A stretch of 64,000 bases of DNA from a virus (taxonomy: Duplodnaviria; Caudoviricetes): the IMG/VR virus record IMGVR_UViG_3300025678_000005; one strand, given 5' to 3'. A model generated the notes under the pieces. That model was given only the letters and a program-made list of their open reading frames with translations. It did not search any database and had not been told where the DNA came from. The position numbers were made by a program, and so were the translations under genes. Below are positions 32,822 through 42,533 of the stretch, in pieces (the first letter of the stretch is position 1; each line of letters starts with the position of its first letter).

Positions 32822-33732
32822 ACTCAAACAGAATATTATTTTTTGATGGTTATGATGTAATAGAAGAATATGAAAAAGAGGAAAAAGATACAATGATGTG
32901 GATTAAAGAAGATGATTTATTTAGACCAACAAATAAAATAGAATTAAAAAATACTTTAGAACCTGGACTATATTCAATAGATTATAGTAGAGATCTTGGA
33001 TATTATTGTATTAAAATGGAAATAAAATCTGATGAATTATTTATTTTTTCAAATACTATAATTGATAGTTTGTTTAAAGAAATAGAAACTTTTTGGAATC
33101 GTGAGCAGATTTATAAAGATAAGCATTTAGTACATAAACGTGGTATTTTGTTACAAGGACTCCCTGGAACAGGAAAAACTTCGATAGTTTCTATTATAAT
33201 GTCACAAATCGTTAAGTCTGGTGGGGTCGTGTTTAAAATTGAGGATGCCAATGCACTTCCAACAGCTATCAAATTTATATCAAACCATTTTAGAAAAATA
33301 CAACCAGATACTCCTATAATAACTATAATAGAAGAATTAGATACTTTTTTAGAAGTAAAAAATGAACTTCTTGATTTTTTAGATGGAAAAACACATATAG
33401 ATCATCATCTTGTTTTAGCGACAACAAATAATTCTTCTGCTATACCAAACACCTTTCTTAGACCAAGTAGAATAGATTTAATTGTACAAGTTGACTTACC
33501 AGACGAAATAACAAGAGAAGAATATTTTAAATATAAAAATGTTCCAGAAGAAGATATGCAAAAACTTGTAAATGGGTCTTCTGGATGTTCTTTAGCAGAT
33601 TTAAAAGAACTTTATATTTGTGTATATGTTTTAGGTTATGATATTCCGTCTGCTATAAATAAAGTTACGGCACCTAGAGTAAAAACAAATTATTTAACAG
33701 ATCAAAGACAACAAAATAAATTGGGATTTTAA
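32806..33732 (+). CDS. AAA+ ATPase
   Basis: GLPGTGKT, IIEELD, TTN, RPSRID. Confidence 0.9.
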   Translation: MDTVLNSNRILFFDGYDVIEEYEKEEKDTMMWIKEDDLFRPTNKIELKNTLEPGLYSIDYSRDLGYYCIKMEIKSDELFIFSNTIIDSLFKEIETFWNREQIYKDKHLVHKRGILLQGLPGTGKTSIVSIIMSQIVKSGGVVFKIEDANALPTAIKFISNHFRKIQPDTPIITIIEELDTFLEVKNELLDFLDGKTHIDHHLVLATTNNSSAIPNTFLRPSRIDLIVQVDLPDEITREEYFKYKNVPEEDMQKLVNGSSGCSLADLKELYICVYVLGYDIPSAINKVTAPRVKTNYLTDQRQQNKLGF

Positions 33733-33749
33733 AATAAACTATATTTAAT

Positions 33750-34295
33750 ATGATAAAGTACGCAAAAGGTTATACAAAGTTAGAAGCCTATAATTCTACT
33801 GAATTTACTGTGCCATTTTCAAAATTAAAAAATGCTACTATGGCATGGAAAAAAGCTGGTTCTCCACTTGATAAGATTGAATTAAATAACTTTTTTAAAG
33901 AATATACTGAAAATCATAAGTTATTAGGAGCTTATATTGTATTACAAACAAGTTCTCCAGATTTAAGAAAAAGTCCTTATACTATTATTACTGAAAAAAA
34001 TTCGGGACGTAGAACATTTAAAAAAGTTTATTTAATTGTAGAAGCTGAATTTGATATAGATACTAAAAGAGAAAATTTGATAGAAGTAAAAAATCTGGGT
34101 GCCGTTTGCGGTGAAGCCTATCAACAAAAAGATGCTTTAATAATATTAAAAAATTTAGTTGCTGACACTAAAAAAGATTATGTTATTGTTGTAGCAAAAA
34201 AAGTATCTTCTGGTAATAGATTTGCTGGTTTTGGATTATATACTCCATCTAAAAATGCTAAAGAAGGTACATTTTTGTTTTATGTCCAAGAGTAA
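33750..34295 (+). CDS. Hypothetical protein
   Basis: 181 aa ORF. Confidence 0.7.
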   Translation: MIKYAKGYTKLEAYNSTEFTVPFSKLKNATMAWKKAGSPLDKIELNNFFKEYTENHKLLGAYIVLQTSSPDLRKSPYTIITEKNSGRRTFKKVYLIVEAEFDIDTKRENLIEVKNLGAVCGEAYQQKDALIILKNLVADTKKDYVIVVAKKVSSGNRFAGFGLYTPSKNAKEGTFLFYVQE

Positions 34296-34308
34296 AGAAA
34301 TATAATAA

Positions 34309-35966
34309 ATGATGGAAAACGAATCATTTGAAAAAAGATCTCAAATTATATTTGAAAGAAGTGATACAGACAAAATAAATGTAAATGGAGAATTAATTGG
34401 TAAGATAATTGGTTATAGGTTTCATATCTTAATAAGAGATAAAGCACCATTAGATGGAATTTTAAGTAGAGAAGATGTAGAACTGATTTATGAACTTTAT
34501 TCTTCTGAAGGTGCAAATTTAACTCAAAGAGAAGTTGCAAGATATTTTCCAAAATATACTTTTCAAGAATTTAAAAGAATATTAAGAGCTTTTAATATAA
34601 CAAAAGCATGTTCTCCAATAGCGCCACATCAATTTGAAGAAAGAGATGTTGAAGATTTAATTACAATTACTTTACAAAATAAAGAAAATAATTATCTTCG
34701 TAGAATAGAACATGAGAGAAATAGGTTAATAGAAGCAAAGTTTAAAGAAACTTTAAAGAAATATGATGACCTTAGAAAAGAAGTTGAAGATTTTAAATGT
34801 TTTTTATCAGATATAAATATTGAATTTGATTTAAAAATCCCAATAGCACATCCAGATAATCCAACAGACAATACTTTATTAGTATATTTAAGTGATATGC
34901 ATATAGGAGCTGATGTTTCAAAATATTCTATTTATAGTAATGAATATAATGAAAAGGTTGTTATGCATAGAATGGAACAAGTTATAAATAGAATATATGA
35001 ATTGGCTATTAAATTTAAATGCAGTAATATAATTGTATGTAATTTAGGAGATTCCCTGGATGGATATAATGCTGAAACAACTCGTGGTGGACATATATTA
35101 CCACAAAATATGGATAATAAGGATCAATTTAAAAACTTTCTTCAAGTTATGATTGAATTATTTTCTTCTTTATCTACTTGTGGAATATTTCAATCAATTC
35201 AATATGTTGTTGTAGATGGCGGAAATCATAAAAATATTATTAAATTTAATAATATTAATTGTGCTCTTGAAAAGAAATTTTCAAGTGAAACAGAGTTAAT
35301 TGCTGGAAAGCCTGAAATGGTAATCAGCAGCCAAGCTTAAACAGAAATGTTTTTGAAGGTTCAACGACTATCCCTGAAATGGGAGTACACTGTAAGTACA
35401 GTGGAAATGCTCTGCCCTTAACATGTAAAGATGAAGGTGAAGATATAGTCTGTTCTTATACGAATAGTAAGTATAAGCTGTAAATAAAATTACGAATATA
35501 GAGTAACGACCTATATTGAACACAAAAGGACGGTGACGTGGGATATATTGCCAATAAAGCATTAATTGCAAGTCTGGAAGTTTTAAATCCACAAATTAAA
35601 TCTATCATATTTGATAAATTTATTGATTTCTTTACTGTAAATAAACATACATTTATTTTATGCCATGGCAAAGATGCTGTTGATATGTTTAAAAATATGC
35701 CTTTAACATTGAATGTTAAAACAGAAAATCAAATTAATGAATTTATTGATTATAACCAATTATCTGGAAACATTCATTTTATTAAAGGTGATTTACATCA
35801 AAGCGCAACAACATATGGACGTAGATTTAGATACAAATCTGTAGGTTCTTTCTTTGGATCCAGTGCATGGATGCATAAAAATTTCGGTTTAACGCTGCCA
35901 TCTGTAGATTTTGATATTTTAAAAGATGATACAATATTTGAAACAAAATTAATATTATATCCGTGA
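34309..35966 (+). CDS. Metallophosphoesterase-domain protein split by a group I intron (exons 34309-35229 and 35529-35966; 452 aa)
   Basis: SDMHIG, LGDSLDG, GNH|D restored by splicing, CHG, GDLH. Confidence 0.88.
35230..35528 (+). ncRNA. Group I intron, no ORF
   Basis: AATTGCTGGAAA, AATCAGCAG, GTTCAACGACTA, AAGATATAGTCT; exon ends in U, intron ends in G. Confidence 0.92.
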
Positions 35967-35969
35967 TTT

Positions 35970-36731
35970 ATGGAAATTTCAATTAATGAATTATTAAAAG
36001 GAAAGCCGACTGTTATTAAAAACAAAGAATTTTTATCAACAAAAGAATATGTCGAGCCTTTTATAGATAAAATGTCTGCTTATACAGATAAATTTATAAT
36101 AACTGTGCAGACACCAGATCAGTTAACATTATCTCAGGGATTAACAGATATTACTTATAATAGAGTCTTAATTCAAGCAGTACTACCAGACAAATATTGT
36201 ATTGATGAACATGATGAAGTTATTGGATTTTTATATGGTATAGACACTAAATTACCTGTAGCAAAAATTTATAGAGGATACTTAAATAGAGCATGTACAA
36301 ATTTAACTGTTTTTAATCCAGAATGGATAGATATACAAGAAATAATACCAGAATCTCCTTTGAATTATACAGCTATTAAACGTTTAAAAGAGGCAGATAA
36401 TGATCTTGCTTTAAGGATAAAACAGTTAAAAGATACCCATTTAGACAGATCAAAAAGAACTGATTATTTGGGAAAATGGGTTGATAAGACTATTAGAGAA
36501 TCTATTAGTTATGGATTTGGTTATGTAAAATTACCTGTAACAGCACCAATTGATGCTTATAAACAGCTGTTTATAGACAGAGAAAGTCCATATTATGTAG
36601 AAGAAACTGTAGATCCAACAATGTATACAGTTTATAATAGTTTTACAAACATTATTAAAGATGATTCAAAAGATCTATTAAATAAATTTGAAAAAACTGT
36701 TATAGTAGATAAAATATTAAATTTAGTTTAA
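35970..36731 (+). CDS. DUF932-like protein
   Basis: RACTN motif, 253 aa. Confidence 0.55.
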   Translation: MEISINELLKGKPTVIKNKEFLSTKEYVEPFIDKMSAYTDKFIITVQTPDQLTLSQGLTDITYNRVLIQAVLPDKYCIDEHDEVIGFLYGIDTKLPVAKIYRGYLNRACTNLTVFNPEWIDIQEIIPESPLNYTAIKRLKEADNDLALRIKQLKDTHLDRSKRTDYLGKWVDKTIRESISYGFGYVKLPVTAPIDAYKQLFIDRESPYYVEETVDPTMYTVYNSFTNIIKDDSKDLLNKFEKTVIVDKILNLV

Positions 36732-36786
36732 TTATATACAAGATTTTAATTCAAGGTAAGAAAAAATAAAATATAAAATTTGTAAA

Positions 36787-37872
36787 ATGGTAATAAATCA
36801 AGAATATTTATTAAAGCGAAATGCAAGAGATAAAATACAAGTAGTTTATCTTGAATTTGAACAAATTGGCAATGATTTTATAATTAAACGCTATACTGGA
36901 CAATATGATGGTAAAAAACATAAACAACCAGATATTTATATTAAATCTAATTCAAAAAAATCTATTTTTTATAAAGCAAAATATGAATATAATCAACTAT
37001 TAAAAAAATATTTAAAAGATGAATATGTAACATTGCAATCTGTTACAAATAAGAAATATAATTTATTAACAAAAGAAGAGATGGAACAACTGGTTCCATC
37101 TCTAACAACTAATAAAAATGGTTTCATAAAACCAATGCTTATAAAAGATTTTAATGAATGTTCTGTTAATGTATTAGATAAAAACTTATACTGCAGACCA
37201 TATATCAATGGAATAAGGTGTATTATATTCTTTTATAATGATGAAATAATTGCTTTAGATGACAATGGTAATAGAGTTACATTTATAAATAACATTCTAA
37301 ATGAATTATCATCGTTTTTACAATTGCATCAAGATTTAGTATTAGATTGTGAAATTGATACTAGAAAAATAATAAATAATGAACCACAATGTTTGATTTG
37401 TGATGTTATTAAGACAGATAAAACTTTTTTAGAAAGGTTAGAGATATTAAATAATTTAAATAATAATTATAAAAGTATTAAAATAGCTCAATATACACAA
37501 ACAAATAATTATACACAAATAGAAAAATTAACATATAATTATATTATTAATGGTTTCAGTGGTCTAATTGCTGTCAATCCACACAGTTTATATAAACCTG
37601 GTAGAAAAAGTAAAAATCTTATATCTTTTACAATGGGATATAATGAAAAATTTATAATTAAAGACATTGTTGAAACTCCATTAGAAAAAGATATGTATCT
37701 AATATTGGAAACAAAAGATGGTAGAACTTTTAACATTAATCCTAAAGAAAATTATGATTACTATTTAAATAACAAAAATATTTTAATGGGAAAATATTGT
37801 CAACTTAGATTTTTTAGTCGAGATACGGTTGGAATACCTAAACAACCAATTTTACAAACAATTTTTATATAA
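36787..37872 (+). CDS. ATP-dependent DNA ligase homologue with degenerate catalytic motifs
   Basis: KPML, PYINGIR, LDCEI, FSGLI, YKPGRKS, GIPKQP. Confidence 0.75.
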   Translation: MVINQEYLLKRNARDKIQVVYLEFEQIGNDFIIKRYTGQYDGKKHKQPDIYIKSNSKKSIFYKAKYEYNQLLKKYLKDEYVTLQSVTNKKYNLLTKEEMEQLVPSLTTNKNGFIKPMLIKDFNECSVNVLDKNLYCRPYINGIRCIIFFYNDEIIALDDNGNRVTFINNILNELSSFLQLHQDLVLDCEIDTRKIINNEPQCLICDVIKTDKTFLERLEILNNLNNNYKSIKIAQYTQTNNYTQIEKLTYNYIINGFSGLIAVNPHSLYKPGRKSKNLISFTMGYNEKFIIKDIVETPLEKDMYLILETKDGRTFNINPKENYDYYLNNKNILMGKYCQLRFFSRDTVGIPKQPILQTIFI

Positions 37873-38210
37873 TTATATAATGATTTATTTAAGAGAAACT
37901 GATCCAAATAAATTTGTAGGCAGTTATAAAAAAGATAGTATATATACTACTATACAGAAAATAAAAGATTGTTTTGGTGAACCATTTTATTATGAAGATG
38001 AAAATTATCCAAATGATCCAATAAAAACAACAATTAGTATTATGTTATATAATCCAGATAATCATAATATTATAAGTCTGTGGGATTACAAAGTATGGGA
38101 TCATGATAACGATGAAATAGATTTTGATCAAGAAATTGAATTTTCTGTTTATTATGATGATATTGAAGATTTTAAAAGAATAAAAAATCTACTTAAAGAA
38201 AATTGATATA

Positions 38211-38999
38211 ATGCTTAAAAATAATTTAATAGGTATTTCTGGAAAAATGCAATCTGGAAAAGATACAGTAGCAACTCTAATAAAAAATTATATTGATCGA
38301 GAATCTCCATATATAATTAAAAAGTTTGCAGACAAACTGAAAGATATTACATGTATCCTTATAGGATGTAATAGAGAACAACTTGAAGATTCATCATTTA
38401 AAGAATCACCTTTAGGAGAAGAATGGAATAAATATAAAGTAGGACAAATTATATATAATAATAAAGAGGAATTATTAAATTCTGGATATACATTAAATGA
38501 TGCTGAAATAATTCATTTAACTCCTAGAAAATTATTACAATTACTTGGAACTGATTGTGGTAGAAAAATTATACATCCAGATATTTGGGTAAATGCTACT
38601 TTTTGTAATTATACTCCTTCACAAAAATGGATCTTATCTGATGTTAGATTTCCAAATGAAGTAAAAGCTATAAAAGATAGAGGCGGGATAGTTATAAAAG
38701 TTATTCGAAATGATTTAAGTGATTTTTATATAATAGAACAAGCTGTAAAACAAGCACATAAAGAACTATGTATAAGACATTCTATTGATGAAAACAACGA
38801 TTCTTTGCTTTGGGATGGAGACTGTTATAAAGAAAATTATCAAAAAGAATTTGATGAACTATATGATATATATATTGATTTATATAAACCGCATGAATCT
38901 GAAACTGCTTTAGATAGTTATACTGATTGGGATTATGTAATATATAATAATGGATCTTTAGAAGATTTAAATGAAAAAATAAGAAAAATAATATTATAA
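38211..38999 (+). CDS. Deoxynucleoside monophosphate kinase
   Basis: GKMQSGKDT, R.LLQLLGTD, DVRFPNE, HESE. Confidence 0.88.
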   Translation: MLKNNLIGISGKMQSGKDTVATLIKNYIDRESPYIIKKFADKLKDITCILIGCNREQLEDSSFKESPLGEEWNKYKVGQIIYNNKEELLNSGYTLNDAEIIHLTPRKLLQLLGTDCGRKIIHPDIWVNATFCNYTPSQKWILSDVRFPNEVKAIKDRGGIVIKVIRNDLSDFYIIEQAVKQAHKELCIRHSIDENNDSLLWDGDCYKENYQKEFDELYDIYIDLYKPHESETALDSYTDWDYVIYNNGSLEDLNEKIRKIIL

Positions 39000-39003
39000 A
39001 AAG

Positions 39004-39447
39004 ATGGGACTAGCTGTATATTTAAAAACAAATGAAACTGTACAACATTTAAGTACAAATATATTTGTAAGAGAGGATGGTGCTAATATAGAATTGTCTA
39101 TGAAAGAAGCCATTAAAAGATTTCCAGGCAATTCAATACATCAATATATAAAAGAAGACAATATAGCATTTTCTGCAAATGTAACTCATAATCTTAATAA
39201 AATGGCAGATGCAGTAGGACTATATGAATATCTTTGGAGGCCAGATGAACATGGTATTACTAAAGCTAGACAGTTAATAGATCCATTACGAGAGGGATTA
39301 CATAAATTAAAATTATATCCTGAAGAATATAAAAAATATAATCCTAAAAATGGATGGGGAAGTTATGATATATTTATAAAATTTGTACAAGATTATTTAG
39401 ATGCTTGTTATAAATATCCAGATGCAGATATAGTAGTTGATAGATAA
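39004..39447 (+). CDS. Hypothetical phage protein
   Basis: NVTHNL..NPKNGWGSY. Confidence 0.7.
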   Translation: MGLAVYLKTNETVQHLSTNIFVREDGANIELSMKEAIKRFPGNSIHQYIKEDNIAFSANVTHNLNKMADAVGLYEYLWRPDEHGITKARQLIDPLREGLHKLKLYPEEYKKYNPKNGWGSYDIFIKFVQDYLDACYKYPDADIVVDR

Positions 39448-40284
39448 ATTAAAAATATAAAAATTATTGTTATGTACAAAGATAGAATAATATATGAAGG
39501 ATGGAGAGTTTCTGATTTTATAGCAAATTTAGAACCAACTTTAGATCTTATAATGAGTGGAAGAAGTTATATAAAATGTGAACGTTCAAAAGAATGGATT
39601 AAGAAATGGTGTATGGATAATCAACCAGGCTATAAAAAATATATTCCTGAAGTAGTGAATTATTTTGTAAACAAATATGTTAAAAAATAAATATTATAAA
39701 ACAAAATTTAATAAACAAATTGTTTTTTATTATTGCAATTATAATAATATCTTTACTTATTATCTCTGTATGGACAGAAAATGGTTAATTTGCATTAACA
39801 GCTTTAGTATTGTTGCTTCCATTAACAATTATTACGATGTCATTTCCAAATGAATATTTATTTAATTTTTTTAATAAAAATATAAATGAAGATTTAATAC
39901 AATTAAATGATAAAGTGTATGTAGAATTAACAGATTTTGGAGCAGAAATTGCAAATAAGTTTATGAATCAACTTCCTATAAAACATGAAAAATATATAGC
40001 AGGAAAAGTTTATGAATTTTTATTTTGGGAACTACTTAAAATTTTTGGTGATCAAGTACAGACATACCATTTAAGAATTTAAAGAAGCATTAATCTTAAA
40101 TTATAAATTATGTTAAATGAACAAGATAGTGAACATTATATTGAAGTGGTTTATTGGGAAGATGAATCTGAAATTAATGGAAGTATTGATAGTATTCCTA
40201 GATTTGAAATAATATCAATTAAACAATTATGTTATTATATTTATAAGTTATTAAATACAAATTCAAATATATATTTAGAAATAT

Positions 40285-40863
40285 ATGAAAAAAACTTTAT
40301 TTTTAAATTCTAATTTATTAGATAAATTGGTTTCATGTAATACTTATAATACAATATTAGACCCAGATAATATTAGTATTGAAGAAAATTTGGATTACTT
40401 CTGTACTTCTAATGAAAATTCTTTATATACATTTAACTTTGATAAATATAAAGAAAAAATATTAGAAACTATTTCTGAAATATTACCAAAAAAGATAGAA
40501 CTTTCAGGAATAGAAATTGAGCTTTCATTAGGTAATATATATTCTCCAAATGAATATAATTTTAATAAAGACAATGTTGAAATAATCGTTACATTAGATG
40601 TAGACAAGTTATATGATATTGTTAAAGATGATGAAGCATTTGATAGTTTTTTAAATAAAGAATATAGTTCTTATGATGGTTTTATGTCTTTTAATCCAAA
40701 TTCTTTAAAAGATTGGAATAATGAAAATGATGATGACAGAAAAGCTTCAACTGCAATCAATTATTTATTACAAAAAAATAATTTTCATAAAATTGATGAA
40801 TATGAAATTTATAATTTTATGGAATATGATATAACTGATTTTATCGTAAAAACAGATTTATAA
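40285..40863 (+). CDS. Hypothetical protein
   Basis: SPNEYNF..SYDGFMSF. Confidence 0.65.
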   Translation: MKKTLFLNSNLLDKLVSCNTYNTILDPDNISIEENLDYFCTSNENSLYTFNFDKYKEKILETISEILPKKIELSGIEIELSLGNIYSPNEYNFNKDNVEIIVTLDVDKLYDIVKDDEAFDSFLNKEYSSYDGFMSFNPNSLKDWNNENDDDRKASTAINYLLQKNNFHKIDEYEIYNFMEYDITDFIVKTDL

Positions 40864-41301
40864 AAAACATTAATTTTATGAACAATAATATTTTAAGAGA
40901 TGCAACTTTAATAGATTCACAAAAAGATGTTGATAATATAGAAGATATTTTAAGTTATCAAAATATAAAACAGAAATCATTTATATTATCAGATTATATA
41001 AACTATTGTAGAAATAAACAAAAAGATGTTGGGGAAATAATTATATGTGCAGAACATATGTGTGTTAAAAAATTTAAGAAAAAAACCAAACAGCAGGCTT
41101 TTTGTTGCACTAAACATAGAAAAATATTTTGGTCAAAATTAAATATGTTGTAAAAATTTTAATAGTTTTGTTTATAAAATTTAATTGTAGAAATTATATA
41201 AAAAATTTTTAATATCTTTGTATTAACAGTACTTGTGGAGCATACCATTAGAACTGCCTTCAAGTCATTTTTAAACATATTATAAGTATATTGTAAGCTC
41301 A

Positions 41302-41363
41302 TGGCGCCAAGCATAGACTGGTAGATGCTATTAGTGATCAAGGTTCATCTCCTTGGGGGTCAA
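41302..41363 (+). ncRNA. tRNA-like RNA lacking an anticodon arm
   Basis: Acceptor TGGCGCC/GGGGTCA (one mismatch), D-arm GCAT..TGG..ATGC, T-arm CAAGG-TTCATCT-CCTTG, only 10 nt between D and T arms. Confidence 0.55.
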
Positions 41364-41551
41364 AATTTTAAGAGTAATAGCAATATATTTAACTATTATA
41401 TGTTTTATTCTAAATAATTAAAGATGTGACTTATAAAACAACGTTGAGCGTATGTGCTGTGCAGCCTTGCACGTACTTTCAACATATAAAACAGTTTATT
41501 GGCTGCATAGCATATACGCATTGTTGTGCGTAGTGCTTTAATAATCAAAAA

Positions 41552-41755
41552 ATGGAATATAAAGGTAAAGTTTATGCAAAAATTAACGGCAAATACATTG
41601 AATGTACAGAAACCGTGCAACAATTAGAAGATAAAATATCCAAACTTGAAAGTGCGTTGGATAAAATTGCTAATGGCACACAACCATACAATGAAAGAGA
41701 GGCTTTTATATTTGTTGATATTGCGAGACAAATAGCGAGCGATGCTATTTCTTAG
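41552..41755 (+). CDS. Cassette-borne hypothetical protein
   Basis: 67 aa ORF filling the cassette. Confidence 0.7.
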   Translation: MEYKGKVYAKINGKYIECTETVQQLEDKISKLESALDKIANGTQPYNEREAFIFVDIARQIASDAIS

Positions 41756-41906
41756 TATTACGCACAACGGCTACTTGTAAGAATAGTAGCCGTGAAAAAC
41801 GCAGGAAAGTTTGATTGAAACACAATAGTTTAATAACCGATGATAGCTCTAAAAAGACCACATAACAGGCTATTATTTTTACAAATTGTTATGTGGCGTT
41901 ATTATT

Positions 41907-42065
41907 ATGGGAACTTATGCAATATGGTATAGACCCGTGTGGGGGCAAATGACAAGGTATGTTGAGTATGTAAAAGCAAACAATGCCAGACAGGCAGAAA
42001 TAAAATTCTATGCTACAAGTGCGGGGGACAATTGCCAAAGCATTATATTAATAGAGAGGTGTTAA
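41907..42065 (+). CDS. Cassette-borne small protein (52 aa, MGTYAIWYRP..LIERC)
   Basis: Read manually; stop abuts TGCCACATAAC. Confidence 0.65.
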   Translation: MGTYAIWYRPVWGQMTRYVEYVKANNARQAEIKFYATSAGDNCQSIILIERC

Positions 42066-42533
42066 TGCCACATAACAATTATATTGGTATTATATATCTT
42101 CCTATGATAACTTAACAGAAGAATTTATTGAAAAATATCAAGATAGAATATATTGGCCATCTATTGCAAAATATCAAGTTTTATCAGAAGACTTTATTAG
42201 AAAATATAAAGACAGATTAGACTGGATTTATATTTCTACTTTTCAGATCTTATCTGAGTCATTTATAAGAGAGTTTAAAGATTATGTAGATTGGATATGT
42301 ATTAGTGAAAATCAAAAGTTTTCTGAAGAATTTATATGTGAATTTAAAGATAAAGTATATTGGAAGGCTATATATAGTTTCGGATTACCTGCAAGCACTA
42401 AAGAAGAAATAGAATAATAAAAATTTAATACTTAAAGTAAAAATAGATTATAAAGATGTAGGAAGAGTGAATTATAATAATGGGGACATAAGATGTTTTA
42501 AATTTACTATTTTAGAATAATTAATAAATTAAA

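Larger units (their letters stand above)
41442..42075. mobile_element. Array of two integron-like cassettes
   Basis: Palindromes GCGTATGTGCTGTGCAGCC/GGCTGCATAGCATATACGC and TTGTAAGAATAGTAGCC/GGCTATTATTTTTACAA; ends GTTGTGCGTA/TACGCACAAC and GTTATGTGGC/GCCACATAAC; locally higher GC. Confidence 0.78.
41424..42417 (+). pseudogene. 23-aa Trp-repeat gene (LSE.FI..FKD...W..IS..Q) interrupted by a cassette array
   Basis: Removing 41442-42075 joins ATG TGA CTT ATA AAA CAA to CAA TTA TAT TGG.. in frame with the repeats. Confidence 0.65.

Noticed and set aside
35230-35340. C-terminal extension of ORF 34309
   Set aside because: Read-through into the group I intron
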